A DNA stretch of 64,000 nt from a bacterium (GTDB taxonomy: Bacteria; Verrucomicrobiota; Kiritimatiellia; CAIKKV01; CAITUY01), in assembly GCA_037141135.1 (NCBI GenBank), contig JBAXDB010000001.1:9191-73190 (forward strand), given 5' to 3'. Position numbers and translations under genes: made by a program. Each line of letters begins with the position of its first letter. Positions within the stretch are counted from its first letter, which is position 1. The notes under the pieces were generated by a model that was given only the letters and a program-made list of their open reading frames with translations, did not search any database and had not been told where the DNA came from. Of this stretch, positions 27,694 to 37,727 are shown piece after piece.

Positions 27694-28845
27694 TCACTCC
27701 AACCTGGGGTTGAGAAACCCGGTATTGGGGTCGGTGATCTTCTGCAGGTAGGTCAGGAGTTCGCGATCATACTCGGCATCCGCATCCAAACCCATTTCCC
27801 GGTAAATGCCGCGCAGGCGGTAGTAGCTTTCTTCAGCCTCGCGGGCGCTGCCATAGCGCTGTTCCGGCTTGGGATCAAGAAAACGTTTCAGGAGCCGCAC
27901 GATGCGTTTACTTTTCTGGAGGTAGGGTGGAAGCATGGTTTCCACCCGGCCAAACATGGAAAGCTTGAACTGCAGCAGGGTCTCGTCATCCATGTCATTG
28001 CAGGCCTGCAAGGATTCGCCGCATAACATTTCCAGGGCTACCAGCCCGGTGCTGAAGAGGTCGGTTTGCGCGCGACCTGGTTCCAGCCGGTGTGTTTCGG
28101 GGGCCATGTAAATGGGGCTCCCGAGCAAAATACTGATTTTTTCGCCTATCTCAACCGCACGGCCAAAGTCAACCAGCTTTACGGAACCCATGCGGTCGAT
28201 CATGATGTTGGAGGGCTTAATGTCGGCATGGAGGTAATTGGCCTCGTGCAGGACCATCAACCCCATGAGAATCTTGCGCAGAATATAAAGGGCCACACCG
28301 GGCTGAAGCATGAAGCGGGCCTCTTCTAACCGGAAGAGGGTATTCATGTAATGGTCCCATTCCTCATCGGTGGACTGACTGCGGGCAATGGCGAGGTGTG
28401 AGCCACTCAAAAGGTATTGCAAATCAATGCCGTCAATCACCGACATCTGAAGATAGCCGATTCCGTTGGACTCATCGTAACTGTCGCGGGTGACAAGATT
28501 ATCGCTGTGGACCGGTTGAAGTTTCGAGACCTGACTGGCAAGGCGGCCCATATCGATCCAGTATTTATCGGCAGATGAATAGATTCCCGGGTCATGGATT
28601 TTAATGGCGTGCCGGGTATGGCAGCCCCGCCCCCCCTGGCGGGTGGCCAGGAAAACCACCCCTTGCCGGCCTTTGCCGAGTTCGCGGGAAAACTGGTAGG
28701 GAATGGGGTGGAGGATGCAGCGGCTTTTGATAATGGAATGATATTCAGCGATGAGCCGGCGAATGTCCGGATCAACAGGCGGGGAGGGCGGCTGGCTCTC
28801 CAGGACTGTTTCATCATCATAGATAAGAGTCGATGGCGTTGTCAT
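27694..28845 (-). CDS. Hanks-type serine/threonine protein kinase
   Basis: The catalytic loop HADIKPSNIMI, DFG, and the APE-like SPIYMAPE motif are present. It is convergent with ETF-QO with only 3 nt between the stops. Confidence 0.8.
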   Translation of the reverse strand: MTTPSTLIYDDETVLESQPPSPPVDPDIRRLIAEYHSIIKSRCILHPIPYQFSRELGKGRQGVVFLATRQGGRGCHTRHAIKIHDPGIYSSADKYWIDMGRLASQVSKLQPVHSDNLVTRDSYDESNGIGYLQMSVIDGIDLQYLLSGSHLAIARSQSTDEEWDHYMNTLFRLEEARFMLQPGVALYILRKILMGLMVLHEANYLHADIKPSNIMIDRMGSVKLVDFGRAVEIGEKISILLGSPIYMAPETHRLEPGRAQTDLFSTGLVALEMLCGESLQACNDMDDETLLQFKLSMFGRVETMLPPYLQKSKRIVRLLKRFLDPKPEQRYGSAREAEESYYRLRGIYREMGLDADAEYDRELLTYLQKITDPNTGFLNPRLE

Positions 28846-28959
28846 TTATAGTATGAACCCTATCATAGCGGATTCTGGCTGGCAATCATGGCGGTAATGG
28901 CTTAGAGTGCATCCGTTTTGATTTTTGCCCGGGATCGGGTATTGAGCGAGGAATCATTT

Positions 28960-31900
28960 ATGCAGTGGTTGTTGAAAAAAATTATCGGGACGAAAAATCA
29001 GCGTGATGTGAAAAAGATGCAGCCGCTGGTGCTTCGAATCAATGAACTTGAACAGCAGTATCAGGCGCTCACCGAGGATCAACTCAAGGCCAAAACTATT
29101 GAATTCAAGGAACGGTTGGCCAAGGGGCAAACGCTGGATGACCTCCTGTGCGAGGCCTTTGCGGTTGTGAAAAATGCCTGCCGCCGGTTGTGTGGCACGC
29201 ACTTTGATGTGTGTGGCCACGAACTGACATGGGAAATGATCCCCTTTGACACCCAGTTGATGGGTGGCATGGCGCTGCATCATGGTAAAATCGCCGAAAT
29301 GGCGACCGGTGAAGGCAAGACCCTGGTGGCCACTCTGCCGCTGTATTTGAACGCGTTAAGCGGTTCAAATGTTCATCTGGTGACGGTTAACGATTATCTG
29401 GCCCGGCGTGACTCGCAATGGATGGGGCTCCTTTTGCAATATCTTGGGCTTTCGGTGGGGTGTATCCAAAACCAGATGAATCCCGAGGAGCGTCGTGCGG
29501 AGTACGGCAAGGATATCACTTATGGCACTAACAGCGAGTTCGGCTTTGATTATCTGCGCGACAATGGCATGGCCTGGCGTGCCGAAGATCAGGTTCAGCG
29601 CGGTCACTTCTACGCCATCGTTGACGAAATCGACAGCATCCTGATTGACGAGGCGCGGACGCCGCTGATCATTTCCGGGCCCGCCCCGGTTTCTTCGCAC
29701 CAGTATCAGGAGGTAAAGCCCCGCGTGGAACGATTGGTGCGGCGTCAGTCCGAATTGTGCAACCAATTGATTGTTGAAGCACGGACCGCCATTGAGCAGA
29801 AGGATGACGATCTGGCCATGGAGAAGCTTTACATGGTCCGGCGCGGCATGCCAAAGCACAAGCAGTTAACGCATCTGCTTGAGGAACCCTCCGTGCGGCG
29901 TCTGGTGGAGAAGGTTGAAGGCATAATGCTGACCGATATGCACAAGGAGCAGGCCCGTGCGCTCCGGGAGCAGCTGTTTTTTGTGATTGATGAGAAGGGG
30001 CACGATGCCACCCTGACGGAAAAAGGATGCGAGGAGATGAGTCCCTCCGATCCTGATGCCTATGTTCTGCCGGACCTGGTGTCGGTGATGTCGGATATCG
30101 ACGGGGATGCCAGCTTGAGCGAATCGGAACGGGCCAAAAAGAAACTGGAGTTCCAGGAGCGGGTGGCTCAACGCAGTGAGCGCATTCATAATGTGGATCA
30201 ACTGATCAAAGCCTACTGCCTGTATGAAAAGGATGTCCAGTACGTGGTGCAGGATAATCAGGTGTTGATTGTGGATGAGTACACCGGTCGCATTCTGCCG
30301 GGTCGCCGCTGGAGTGACGGGCTGCATCAGGCGGTGGAAGCCAAAGAAAGTGTGAAGATCGAGCGGGAAACCCAGACCCTTGCGACGATTACCATTCAGA
30401 ATTATTTCCGGTTATATAAGAAGCTGGCCGGCATGACGGGTACGGCGGAGACGGAAGCGGATGAGTTTCACCAGATTTACAAACTCGATGTGATGGTCAT
30501 TCCCACCAACCGGCCGGTGCGTCGGGTGGATAAGAATGATGTGGTCTACAAGACCCAACGGGAAAAATTCAAGGCGATTGTCGATGAGATTGCCGAGTGC
30601 CATGAACGGCAACAGCCGGTGCTGGTGGGAACGATTTCGGTTGAGACTTCTGAATTGGTCAGCCGGATGTTGAATCGGGCGAAGATTCCCCATAGCGTTC
30701 TGAATGCCAAAAATCATGAGCGTGAGGCGGATATCGTGGCCCGCGCGGGGCAGAAGGGGGCGGTGACCATCGCCACCAATATGGCCGGCCGTGGAACGGA
30801 TATCAAACTGGGTGAGGGGGTTATCTGGGTGCCGCGCGAGGTGATCGTGTCGCAGCTTAAGCTGACAGAAAAACTCGATGGCAAATCCATGAAGGAGCAG
30901 TTGACGGAAAAGCCCTGCGGACTGTATGTGATCGGTTCCGAGCGGCATGAGTCACGGCGTATTGACCGTCAGTTGCGCGGCCGCTGTGCACGCCAGGGTG
31001 ATCCCGGAATGTCACGTTTCTATGTGTCGCTGGAAGACGATCTGATGCGGTTGTTCGGTTCCGACCGGATTGCCAGCTTTATGGAAAAATTCGGCATGGA
31101 GGAGGGCGAAATGCTCGAACATTCCATGTTGAACCGCTCCATTGAAACCGCCCAGCGCCGCGTCGAGCAGCAGAACTTTTCCATTCGCAAGCGTACGCTT
31201 GAGTATGACGACGTGATGAATAAACAGCGGTCGATCATCTATTCGTTCCGGGGGGATATCGTTCGCGGCATTGAAACCCGCGAGCAGCTGTATGATGTCA
31301 TTTACGATGTGATCTCCACCCATGTGGACTCCATGCTGGAGGGGGGCAAAGAGGATGCCATTGAGGCCTTCCTGATCTGGGTGCACACCACCTTCCCGAT
31401 TACCGTGAAGCGTGAGGAGTTAAGCCTGGGGAAAGAGGATCTTGAGAAGGTCGTGAGGATGATCTTTGAACGCGTCAAGGATGCCTACGAGGTCAAAGTG
31501 GCTTCGGAAGGTGGCGCCCTGATGCAGAATGTGGAGCGCCAGGTGATGTTGCAGGCCATTGATCTGCATTGGCAGGACTACCTTAGGGGGATCGACGGGC
31601 TGCGGCAGGGTATCGGGATGCGGGCCTATGGCCAGAGGGATCCTCTAATCGAATACAAGCGTGAAGCGTATGATATGTTTGCCACCTTGATGGATGATAT
31701 CCGTGAAGATATCTGTGAAAAGATTTTCCGGGCTTCGGCCCAGATGCTGGCGTTCGAGCGGTTTATGCGGGAGATGCCCACCCAGACCATCCACGACGGT
31801 GTGGTCGCGCTGGGTCAGCCTGCGGAGTCGACCGCTCAGCCGGCCCGCTCTGCGGTGCGTGGCGGTGATGCCGTTATGCAGGCGGCGTTGAAAGCCGCCT

Positions 31901-32001
31901 CCACGCCGGTCCAGCGCACGACTGCGAAAGTCGGGCGTAATGATGCCTGTCCCTGCGGGAGTGGCAAGAAATACAAAAAATGCTGTGGGGAAAATACTTG
32001 A
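28960..32001 (+). CDS. secA: preprotein translocase ATPase SecA
   Basis: The MATGEGKTL Walker A, DEAD-like motor motifs and the C-terminal zinc finger CPCGSGKKYKKCCG are present. The ATG at 28960 follows a GAGG RBS. Confidence 0.95.
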   Translation: MQWLLKKIIGTKNQRDVKKMQPLVLRINELEQQYQALTEDQLKAKTIEFKERLAKGQTLDDLLCEAFAVVKNACRRLCGTHFDVCGHELTWEMIPFDTQLMGGMALHHGKIAEMATGEGKTLVATLPLYLNALSGSNVHLVTVNDYLARRDSQWMGLLLQYLGLSVGCIQNQMNPEERRAEYGKDITYGTNSEFGFDYLRDNGMAWRAEDQVQRGHFYAIVDEIDSILIDEARTPLIISGPAPVSSHQYQEVKPRVERLVRRQSELCNQLIVEARTAIEQKDDDLAMEKLYMVRRGMPKHKQLTHLLEEPSVRRLVEKVEGIMLTDMHKEQARALREQLFFVIDEKGHDATLTEKGCEEMSPSDPDAYVLPDLVSVMSDIDGDASLSESERAKKKLEFQERVAQRSERIHNVDQLIKAYCLYEKDVQYVVQDNQVLIVDEYTGRILPGRRWSDGLHQAVEAKESVKIERETQTLATITIQNYFRLYKKLAGMTGTAETEADEFHQIYKLDVMVIPTNRPVRRVDKNDVVYKTQREKFKAIVDEIAECHERQQPVLVGTISVETSELVSRMLNRAKIPHSVLNAKNHEREADIVARAGQKGAVTIATNMAGRGTDIKLGEGVIWVPREVIVSQLKLTEKLDGKSMKEQLTEKPCGLYVIGSERHESRRIDRQLRGRCARQGDPGMSRFYVSLEDDLMRLFGSDRIASFMEKFGMEEGEMLEHSMLNRSIETAQRRVEQQNFSIRKRTLEYDDVMNKQRSIIYSFRGDIVRGIETREQLYDVIYDVISTHVDSMLEGGKEDAIEAFLIWVHTTFPITVKREELSLGKEDLEKVVRMIFERVKDAYEVKVASEGGALMQNVERQVMLQAIDLHWQDYLRGIDGLRQGIGMRAYGQRDPLIEYKREAYDMFATLMDDIREDICEKIFRASAQMLAFERFMREMPTQTIHDGVVALGQPAESTAQPARSAVRGGDAVMQAALKAASTPVQRTTAKVGRNDACPCGSGKKYKKCCGENT

Positions 32002-33647
32002 TCCGGCTGCCAGGGTGGATTCGCGAGTCGTGGCGATGGGTGGCAGCCGCAGTCTCGGGCTTGTTGCTGGCGCTCGCGTTTCCCCCTTTTGAGTCTGGTC
32101 AGATTGCCTGGGTGGCCTTGATCCCGCTCTTATTGGCGCTTCTGACGCCAGCACAGGACAAACCCGTATTTTGTTGGCAATCGCCCTTTATGCTGGGGTT
32201 AACCTCAGGCCTGTTCTTCTGGCTTATTACCCTGAGTTGGCTGTTCCGGTTGTTCGATACCTCACCTGCGCCCGCGGTATTGATCGTGGTCAGCTGGCTG
32301 TTGCTGTGTGGCTACTGCGCTCTTTACCTGGGCATTTTTGCCATGTCGGTCACGTGGATAGTCAGTAAAGTGGGGAAGGATAAAATCTGGAAAACGTTGC
32401 TGCTGATCCTCCTGATCCCGATATTGTGGGTGGGTGGCGAGGTCATTCGTTCGTTTCTATTCTCCGGCTTCCCGTGGAACCTGTTGGCGATTTCCCAGTT
32501 CCGGAATGTGGTTTTGATTCAAGCGGCACAGTGGGTAGGGGCGCCCGGTGTGTCAGGGGTGTTGATGCTGGTCAATACAGGCCTTGCATTCACCGTATTG
32601 CGTTATATTCCCTACCGCAGGCAGAAACATTACACCCCGCATTTGGAACTTTTTGTTGCATTGCTGAGTGTGGGGCTTTGTTTCCGTTCAGGAGTTGGCC
32701 TTGTCAGGGAATATGCCCCTTCGAGCGGCTTTGTCACGATTACCGCCATTCAACCGGCGATCCCTCAGATAACGAAATGGACTGAAGAGCAGGTGAATCT
32801 GATACACGCCACATTCCGCCGTTTAATGGCGCAGGCGGTGAAGGATCCGGATGGCAGCCCTGACCTCATTATCTGGCCTGAAACCGCAACGCCGTATTGT
32901 GTCAGGGATGAAAAGGGGGCGTCAAAAGATTTTGTTGAGGAACTCAGCCGGTGGGGAAGTCCCTTGTTGGTGGGATCCGTCGACGAGGTCAGCAGCGGTC
33001 GGAACGTGCTGTATTATAATGCGAGTTTTCTGTTCAATACCAATGGTGTTGTGGCCCGGCACTATTACAAGCAGCATCTTGTCCCATTTGGCGAGTATGT
33101 GCCCCTGAGCGGTATTTTCCCGGGGCTGGCGTCGCTGGCGCCCATGGGCTGGAACTGTTCCGCAGGACAGGAAGCAACTGTGTTTACGCTGGGGACCGGC
33201 AAAAGCTGGGCCTTTTCATGCCTGATTTGTTTTGAAGATATCATGGCGGATTTGTCCCGCAATGCTGTCAGGAACGGAGCCCGGTTGTTGGTGAATCAGA
33301 CGAATGATGCCTGGTTTGACCGTTCTGCAGGGCCGGAACAACATCTGGCACACTGCGTATTCCGGTGTGTGGAAAACCGGGTGGCGGCAGTGCGGGTGGC
33401 AAATTCGGGGATTTCCTGCCTGATTGAACCGACCGGGCTGATTGTTGAGCAGACGGAGAATGGGATTGGTCGATCGCCGGAATCCACCGTGTTGCGGTGG
33501 CAGGTGCCGATTCCCGGGGATGATTTTGAGTTGACCGCTTATACCCGGTATGGAGATTGGTTATTGGGCATTCCCTGCGGAGTTGTCGCCGCAGTGTGTT
33601 TTATGCTAGCCTGTTTGTGCCTGCGGCGTAAGACGTCGCTTGTGTGA
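31980..33647 (+). CDS. lnt: apolipoprotein N-acyltransferase
   Basis: An N-terminal multi-TM region is followed by a CN-hydrolase domain (WPE, ICFE, the Cys of CLICFED). The start overlaps the secA 3' end, so the exact start is uncertain. Confidence 0.8.
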   Translation: MLWGKYLIRLPGWIRESWRWVAAAVSGLLLALAFPPFESGQIAWVALIPLLLALLTPAQDKPVFCWQSPFMLGLTSGLFFWLITLSWLFRLFDTSPAPAVLIVVSWLLLCGYCALYLGIFAMSVTWIVSKVGKDKIWKTLLLILLIPILWVGGEVIRSFLFSGFPWNLLAISQFRNVVLIQAAQWVGAPGVSGVLMLVNTGLAFTVLRYIPYRRQKHYTPHLELFVALLSVGLCFRSGVGLVREYAPSSGFVTITAIQPAIPQITKWTEEQVNLIHATFRRLMAQAVKDPDGSPDLIIWPETATPYCVRDEKGASKDFVEELSRWGSPLLVGSVDEVSSGRNVLYYNASFLFNTNGVVARHYYKQHLVPFGEYVPLSGIFPGLASLAPMGWNCSAGQEATVFTLGTGKSWAFSCLICFEDIMADLSRNAVRNGARLLVNQTNDAWFDRSAGPEQHLAHCVFRCVENRVAAVRVANSGISCLIEPTGLIVEQTENGIGRSPESTVLRWQVPIPGDDFELTAYTRYGDWLLGIPCGVVAAVCFMLACLCLRRKTSLV

Positions 33648-33665
33648 AGAGGGAGTGAAGTAAAT

Positions 33666-34791
33666 ATGAATGAAGATATTCAGGGCCGCATTCAGGAAAT
33701 GCGGGAGAAAACCGATGAGATGCGAGGTTATCTTTGACGTCGCCAAACGCAAAGCCACTTTAAACGAACTTGAGGCCCAAACCGCTATGCCTGGTTTTTG
33801 GGATGACCCGAACAAGGCCAAGGCGCATCTCGGGCGCGTGAATGAAATCAAGGCGGTGTTGGATCCATTCGCCCGGATTGACAAACTGGTGGAAGAAGCC
33901 GGGCTGATGGTCGAATTATCCGAGGCGGAAGAGCCTGGTCCGCTCCGGGATCACGCCCTGAGCGACGCCGCCAAGGACCTTGATCGTGCTGAAGTTCTTT
34001 TTAATGAATTAGAGACGCGGTCGCTTTTGAGCGGTCCACTCGACCGGAGTAATGCCTTTGTGACCGTCCATGCCGGCGCCGGTGGCACGGAATCCTGCGA
34101 CTGGGCCAATATGCTCTTCCGCATGTTTCAACGCTTTGCTTCGAAAAAAGGCTTTGAAGTTGAAGTCCTTGACATTCAGGCAGGGGATGAAGCTGGAATC
34201 AAATACGCTACCTTCGCTGTGCGCGGCCCTTTTGCCTATGGTTTCATGAAATGTGAACGGGGCATTCACCGGTTGGTGCGGATCAGTCCCTTCGACTCCA
34301 ATAAGCGGCGCCACACCTCCTTTGCGTCATTGGACGTCATTGCCGAGTTGGACGAGGATATTGAGGTCGAGATTGATGAAAAGGATCTGCGGATTGACAC
34401 CTTCCGGTCCAGCGGTTCGGGTGGACAGCACGTCAACAAGACAGACTCAGCCATCCGTATCACCCATATGCCGACCGGACTTGTCGTGTCCTGTCAGGCG
34501 GAACGTTCCCAGCACATGAACAAGGCCAAGTCGATGCAGATGCTGAAGGCCAAGATTTATGAGCTTGAGATGGATAAGAAGCGCAAGGAAATGGAGCGCT
34601 TCTATGGCCAGAAGGGCGAAATCGCCTGGGGCAGCCAAATCCGCTCCTATGTTTTCCAGCCCTACACCATGGTGAAAGATCATCGTACGGATGCCGAAAC
34701 CAGTAATGTCGAGGCTGTCATGGACGGTGATTTGGATCGTTTCATTGAGGCTTACCTGAAGAAGGAAAAAGTGGCTGAGAGGAAGGGGTAA
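33666..34791 (+). CDS. prfB: peptide chain release factor 2 with programmed +1 ribosomal frameshift (frame 0 33666..33737, then +1 frame 33736..34791)
   Basis: The frame-0 [26 protein letters not shown] ends at the in-frame TGA of the canonical CTT TGA C shift site, which is preceded by an SD-like GAGG. The +1 frame continues [14 protein letters not shown]... through the SGGQHVN (GGQ) motif and the RF2 domains. Confidence 0.9.
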
Positions 34792-34795
34792 GGCG

Positions 34796-35680
34796 ATGTC
34801 AGTACGCAGCATGACCGGTTATGGGCGTGGCGATGCCACGGCAAAAGGCCTCCGTGTTGAGGTCGAATTGAACTCTGTCAACCGCAAGCAATTGGAAGTC
34901 CGGATTTCGCTGCCGCGCGCCTGGCAGTCATTGGAATCGCGGGTTGGGGAATTGGTTCAGGAAGCCATTTCGCGGGGCCAGGTATCCGGTTCAATCGTGG
35001 TGCATGTTTCCGAAGCTTTGCGCGCGAAAAGCCTGAAAGTTAACAAAGAACTCGCCATGGTCTATGTGACCGAACTTCGCAAGACAGCCAAGGCATTGAA
35101 GTTGAAGGATGACCTTTCCGCGAGTTTAGTGTTGAGTCTTCCGGAGGTGGTGAGTTATTCCGGGGTGGATCAGGATGTGGATTATGTCTGGCCGGTGATG
35201 GAAAAGGGGGTCAAGGCCGCGATGGCCCAGCTCCTGGTCATGCGGCTCAAGGAAGGGGCGGCGCTGACCCATGATTTGGAGAACCGGTTGAAAAAACTCG
35301 AGGAACATCTCGACTGCATCCGGCAGGAAGCTCCTCAAGTGACGAAACGGTATCGTGAAGCACTCCGCAAACGTCTGGCACAGGCGGCGGTGACCTTGGA
35401 TGTCACGGATCCGGTGGTGACGAAGGATCTGGCCCTGTTTGCCGATCGGTCGGATATCACCGAGGAGATTACGCGGTTGGAGAGCCATCTCAAGCAGGCC
35501 TACGCCTTGTTCAAATCCCGCGAACCCGTGGGGCGGACCTTGGATTTTCTCGCCCAGGAGATGTTTCGGGAAATCAATACCATTGGATCAAAGGCCAATG
35601 AGGTCCGGATCACGCGGCAGGTGATTGAATTCAAAACCGAGTTGGAACGGATCCGGGAACAGGTTCAGAATATCGAATAG
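34796..35680 (+). CDS. yicC: YicC/YloC family stress-induced protein
   Basis: MTGYG at the N-terminus and the conserved C-terminal EINTIGSKAN...EFK are present, at 294 aa. Confidence 0.8.
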   Translation: MSVRSMTGYGRGDATAKGLRVEVELNSVNRKQLEVRISLPRAWQSLESRVGELVQEAISRGQVSGSIVVHVSEALRAKSLKVNKELAMVYVTELRKTAKALKLKDDLSASLVLSLPEVVSYSGVDQDVDYVWPVMEKGVKAAMAQLLVMRLKEGAALTHDLENRLKKLEEHLDCIRQEAPQVTKRYREALRKRLAQAAVTLDVTDPVVTKDLALFADRSDITEEITRLESHLKQAYALFKSREPVGRTLDFLAQEMFREINTIGSKANEVRITRQVIEFKTELERIREQVQNIE

Positions 35681-35706
35681 CAATTATGAAGTATGAAGGA
35701 TGAAGC

Positions 35707-36318
35707 ATGAAAGGGGCAGGTCAGAGGAGGGCGTTGTTAATTGTGGTATCGGCACCGTCAGGGGCTGGTAAGACAACGTTGTGTAACCGGCTGCTTGCCG
35801 AGCATGCCTGTATGACACGTTCCATCTCCTGTACGACCCGTGCCCCGCGCGGGGCGGAGGTGGATGGGCAGCACTATCATTTTTTGACACTTGCCGAATT
35901 CAACCGTCGTCTTGCAGAAGGATTGTTCCTGGAGCATGCTGTTGTGCATGGCAATCAGTACGGAACGCTGCGCAGCAACGTGGAGTCAGCGCTTAAGGCG
36001 GGTAAGGATGTACTCCTGGTGATTGATGTCCAGGGGGCGGCTCAAGTTCGCCGGGCGGCCCAAGCCCTGGGGGGGACCCTGGGCCGCGCCTATGTCGATA
36101 TATTTATCGCGCCACCCTCGTTGGAGACCCTGCGTGAGCGGCTTCAAAAACGGGGTGAGGATACCTCGGAAGTGATTGAGCGCCGATTGATCAATGCCCG
36201 GGGTGAAATGGAGCGGGGGCGTGAATACCAATACCGTGTGGTGAACGACAATTTGGAGCAGGCATATGCCGAACTGAATTCCATCATCAACGCGGAACAT
36301 GAACGGACATCATGTTAA
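35707..36318 (+). CDS. gmk: guanylate kinase
   Basis: The P-loop SAPSGAGKTT and the GMP-binding SCTTRAPRGAEVDGQHYHF are present. Confidence 0.9.
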   Translation: MKGAGQRRALLIVVSAPSGAGKTTLCNRLLAEHACMTRSISCTTRAPRGAEVDGQHYHFLTLAEFNRRLAEGLFLEHAVVHGNQYGTLRSNVESALKAGKDVLLVIDVQGAAQVRRAAQALGGTLGRAYVDIFIAPPSLETLRERLQKRGEDTSEVIERRLINARGEMERGREYQYRVVNDNLEQAYAELNSIINAEHERTSC

Positions 36319-37115
36319 TTGATACCCATGCCCATTTCCGGGAAGCCATGACGTCCGGCGATCTTGCCGGGATCATGGAGCGGGCTCGGTTTGCCGGGGT
36401 GGGGCGGATCATGGCGGTGGGGTGCGAACCTGAAACCAATGCGGCTGCCTTGCGCATGGCGACGGCCTATCCGGATCGCGTCAAGGCCGCAGTTGCTTAC
36501 GATCGGAGCCTGGCGGGGTCTGATGCCAAGGTTGACGATATCCGGCTATTGATCCAATCGGCTCCCGTCGGGCAGGTCACGGCCATCGGGGAGATCGGTC
36601 TTGATTTCTATTATGAACCCGAGACAGCTGAACTCCAGCAGGCATTGATGGATGCACAGCTTTCATTGGCCCGGGAACTTCGATTGCCGGTGATTGTGCA
36701 TAGCCGGCAGGCGGATGCCGAAACGTTGGCTTTATTGTCGGCCCATGCAAAAGGATGGGCAGGTGCGCCTGACCGGATCGGGGTTCTGCATTGTTTTACC
36801 GGTGAGGAAGCGTTTGCCAGGCAGTTGCTGGAATTGGGGTTCATGATCAGTTTCAGCGGGATTGTCACCTTCCGGAATGCTGGTCCGTTGCGCATGGTGG
36901 CCAAAATGATCCCTGATGACCGGTTATTGCTTGAGACCGATTCCCCGTATCTTGCCCCTGTACCCCATCGCGGCAAGCCCAATGAGCCCTGCTATCTGCC
37001 TGCCGTGGCGGCCATTATTGCCGGGGTACGGGGAGTAATGGTGGAAGCAATTGCACACATAACTTCGGACAACGCGCTGCGGCTCTTTCAGATGAATATG
37101 CAAAATCAGGAGTGA
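36312..37115 (+). CDS. tatD: TatD family metal-dependent DNase/hydrolase
   Basis: IDTHAHF, EIGLDFYY, VIVHSR and LETDSPYLAP are present. Confidence 0.85.
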   Translation: MLIDTHAHFREAMTSGDLAGIMERARFAGVGRIMAVGCEPETNAAALRMATAYPDRVKAAVAYDRSLAGSDAKVDDIRLLIQSAPVGQVTAIGEIGLDFYYEPETAELQQALMDAQLSLARELRLPVIVHSRQADAETLALLSAHAKGWAGAPDRIGVLHCFTGEEAFARQLLELGFMISFSGIVTFRNAGPLRMVAKMIPDDRLLLETDSPYLAPVPHRGKPNEPCYLPAVAAIIAGVRGVMVEAIAHITSDNALRLFQMNMQNQE

Positions 37116-37468
37116 CTGCTCAGCGATACAAAATTCAGGATTCAAAATTCAGTATTCAGAATTCAGACGTGAAGACCATCGTGCGTAAGGTGCAGTGGCA
37201 GATCAAGTTCCTCAAGCCTTTTGCGTCTGAGCGTGTCATGATTTTCGTGAACGAGCCTGTGCTGGCCGCCTATGGGAGCAGTACTTATATCTATGTTTCC
37301 GAGGAGGCGGATAATCAGTATCAGCCTGCGTTAAATTACGTGCAGGCACAGTTGGCCAAGTATCAGGCTGATGATAATCTGAAATTGGTAGGCCGATATT
37401 GGAAATTGCTCCAGTATTTTGAACATCATCGTGCAAATTGGGTAAAAGACAGGGAGTCCGACTCATGA
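37112..37468 (+). CDS. hypothetical protein (118 aa); N-terminus encoded by NNATTCA heptamer repeats
   Basis: The ORF is translationally coupled to tatD (ATGA overlap) and has no recognisable domain. Confidence 0.4.
   Translation: MTAQRYKIQDSKFSIQNSDVKTIVRKVQWQIKFLKPFASERVMIFVNEPVLAAYGSSTYIYVSEEADNQYQPALNYVQAQLAKYQADDNLKLVGRYWKLLQYFEHHRANWVKDRESDS
37131..37167. repeat. tandem heptamers NNATTCA x5 (aaattca ggattca aaattca gtattca gaattca)
   Basis: The 7-nt periodicity is read directly. The array is related to the CAG-centred heptamer family seen elsewhere in the window. Confidence 0.7.
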
Positions 37469-37648
37469 AAACGACTAATCTGGAAGTGCTAAGGGAAGTA
37501 AGGAATGAAGGCAAAAGTCATTGCGGTGTAGAACATGTACGGGGAAATGGTTATCTGGTTCTGAATTCCCGCCAAAAAATGACCACCCCGGCTACTCTTG
37601 CGAGAGAGCCCCATGGGCTCTTGTTACCGGGGTGGGACCTTTTCTAAT
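37466..37648 (+). CDS. possible small ORF (60 aa, MKTTNLEVLREVRNEGKSHCGVEH...), doubtful
   Basis: It is an ATG ORF in the same frame as the ORF-track 37438..37647 entry. It has no similarity I recognise, and its 3' end is occupied by a terminator hairpin. Confidence 0.2.
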
Positions 37649-37650
37649 TA
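37575..37650 (+). terminator. Rho-independent terminator candidate (nested GC-rich hairpin followed by a TTTTCT tract) ending the prfB-yicC-gmk-tatD transcript
   Basis: CCACCCCGG ... CCGGGGTGG is a 9-bp outer stem around an inner GAGAGCCC/GGGCTCTT stem, followed by GACCTTTTCT. Confidence 0.55.
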
Positions 37651-37727
37651 ATATGTCATAGGAATAACCCGGGGGTGGAACCGTGTCAAAACAAATTGGG
37701 CCAAATAACGTATTGAATATGAACATG

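Noticed and set aside
33670-33735. N-terminal segment [22 protein letters not shown] of the ORF-track prfB entry
   Set aside because: It is an artefact of reading the +1 frame upstream of the programmed frameshift site. The true N-terminus is the frame-0 ORF from 33666.
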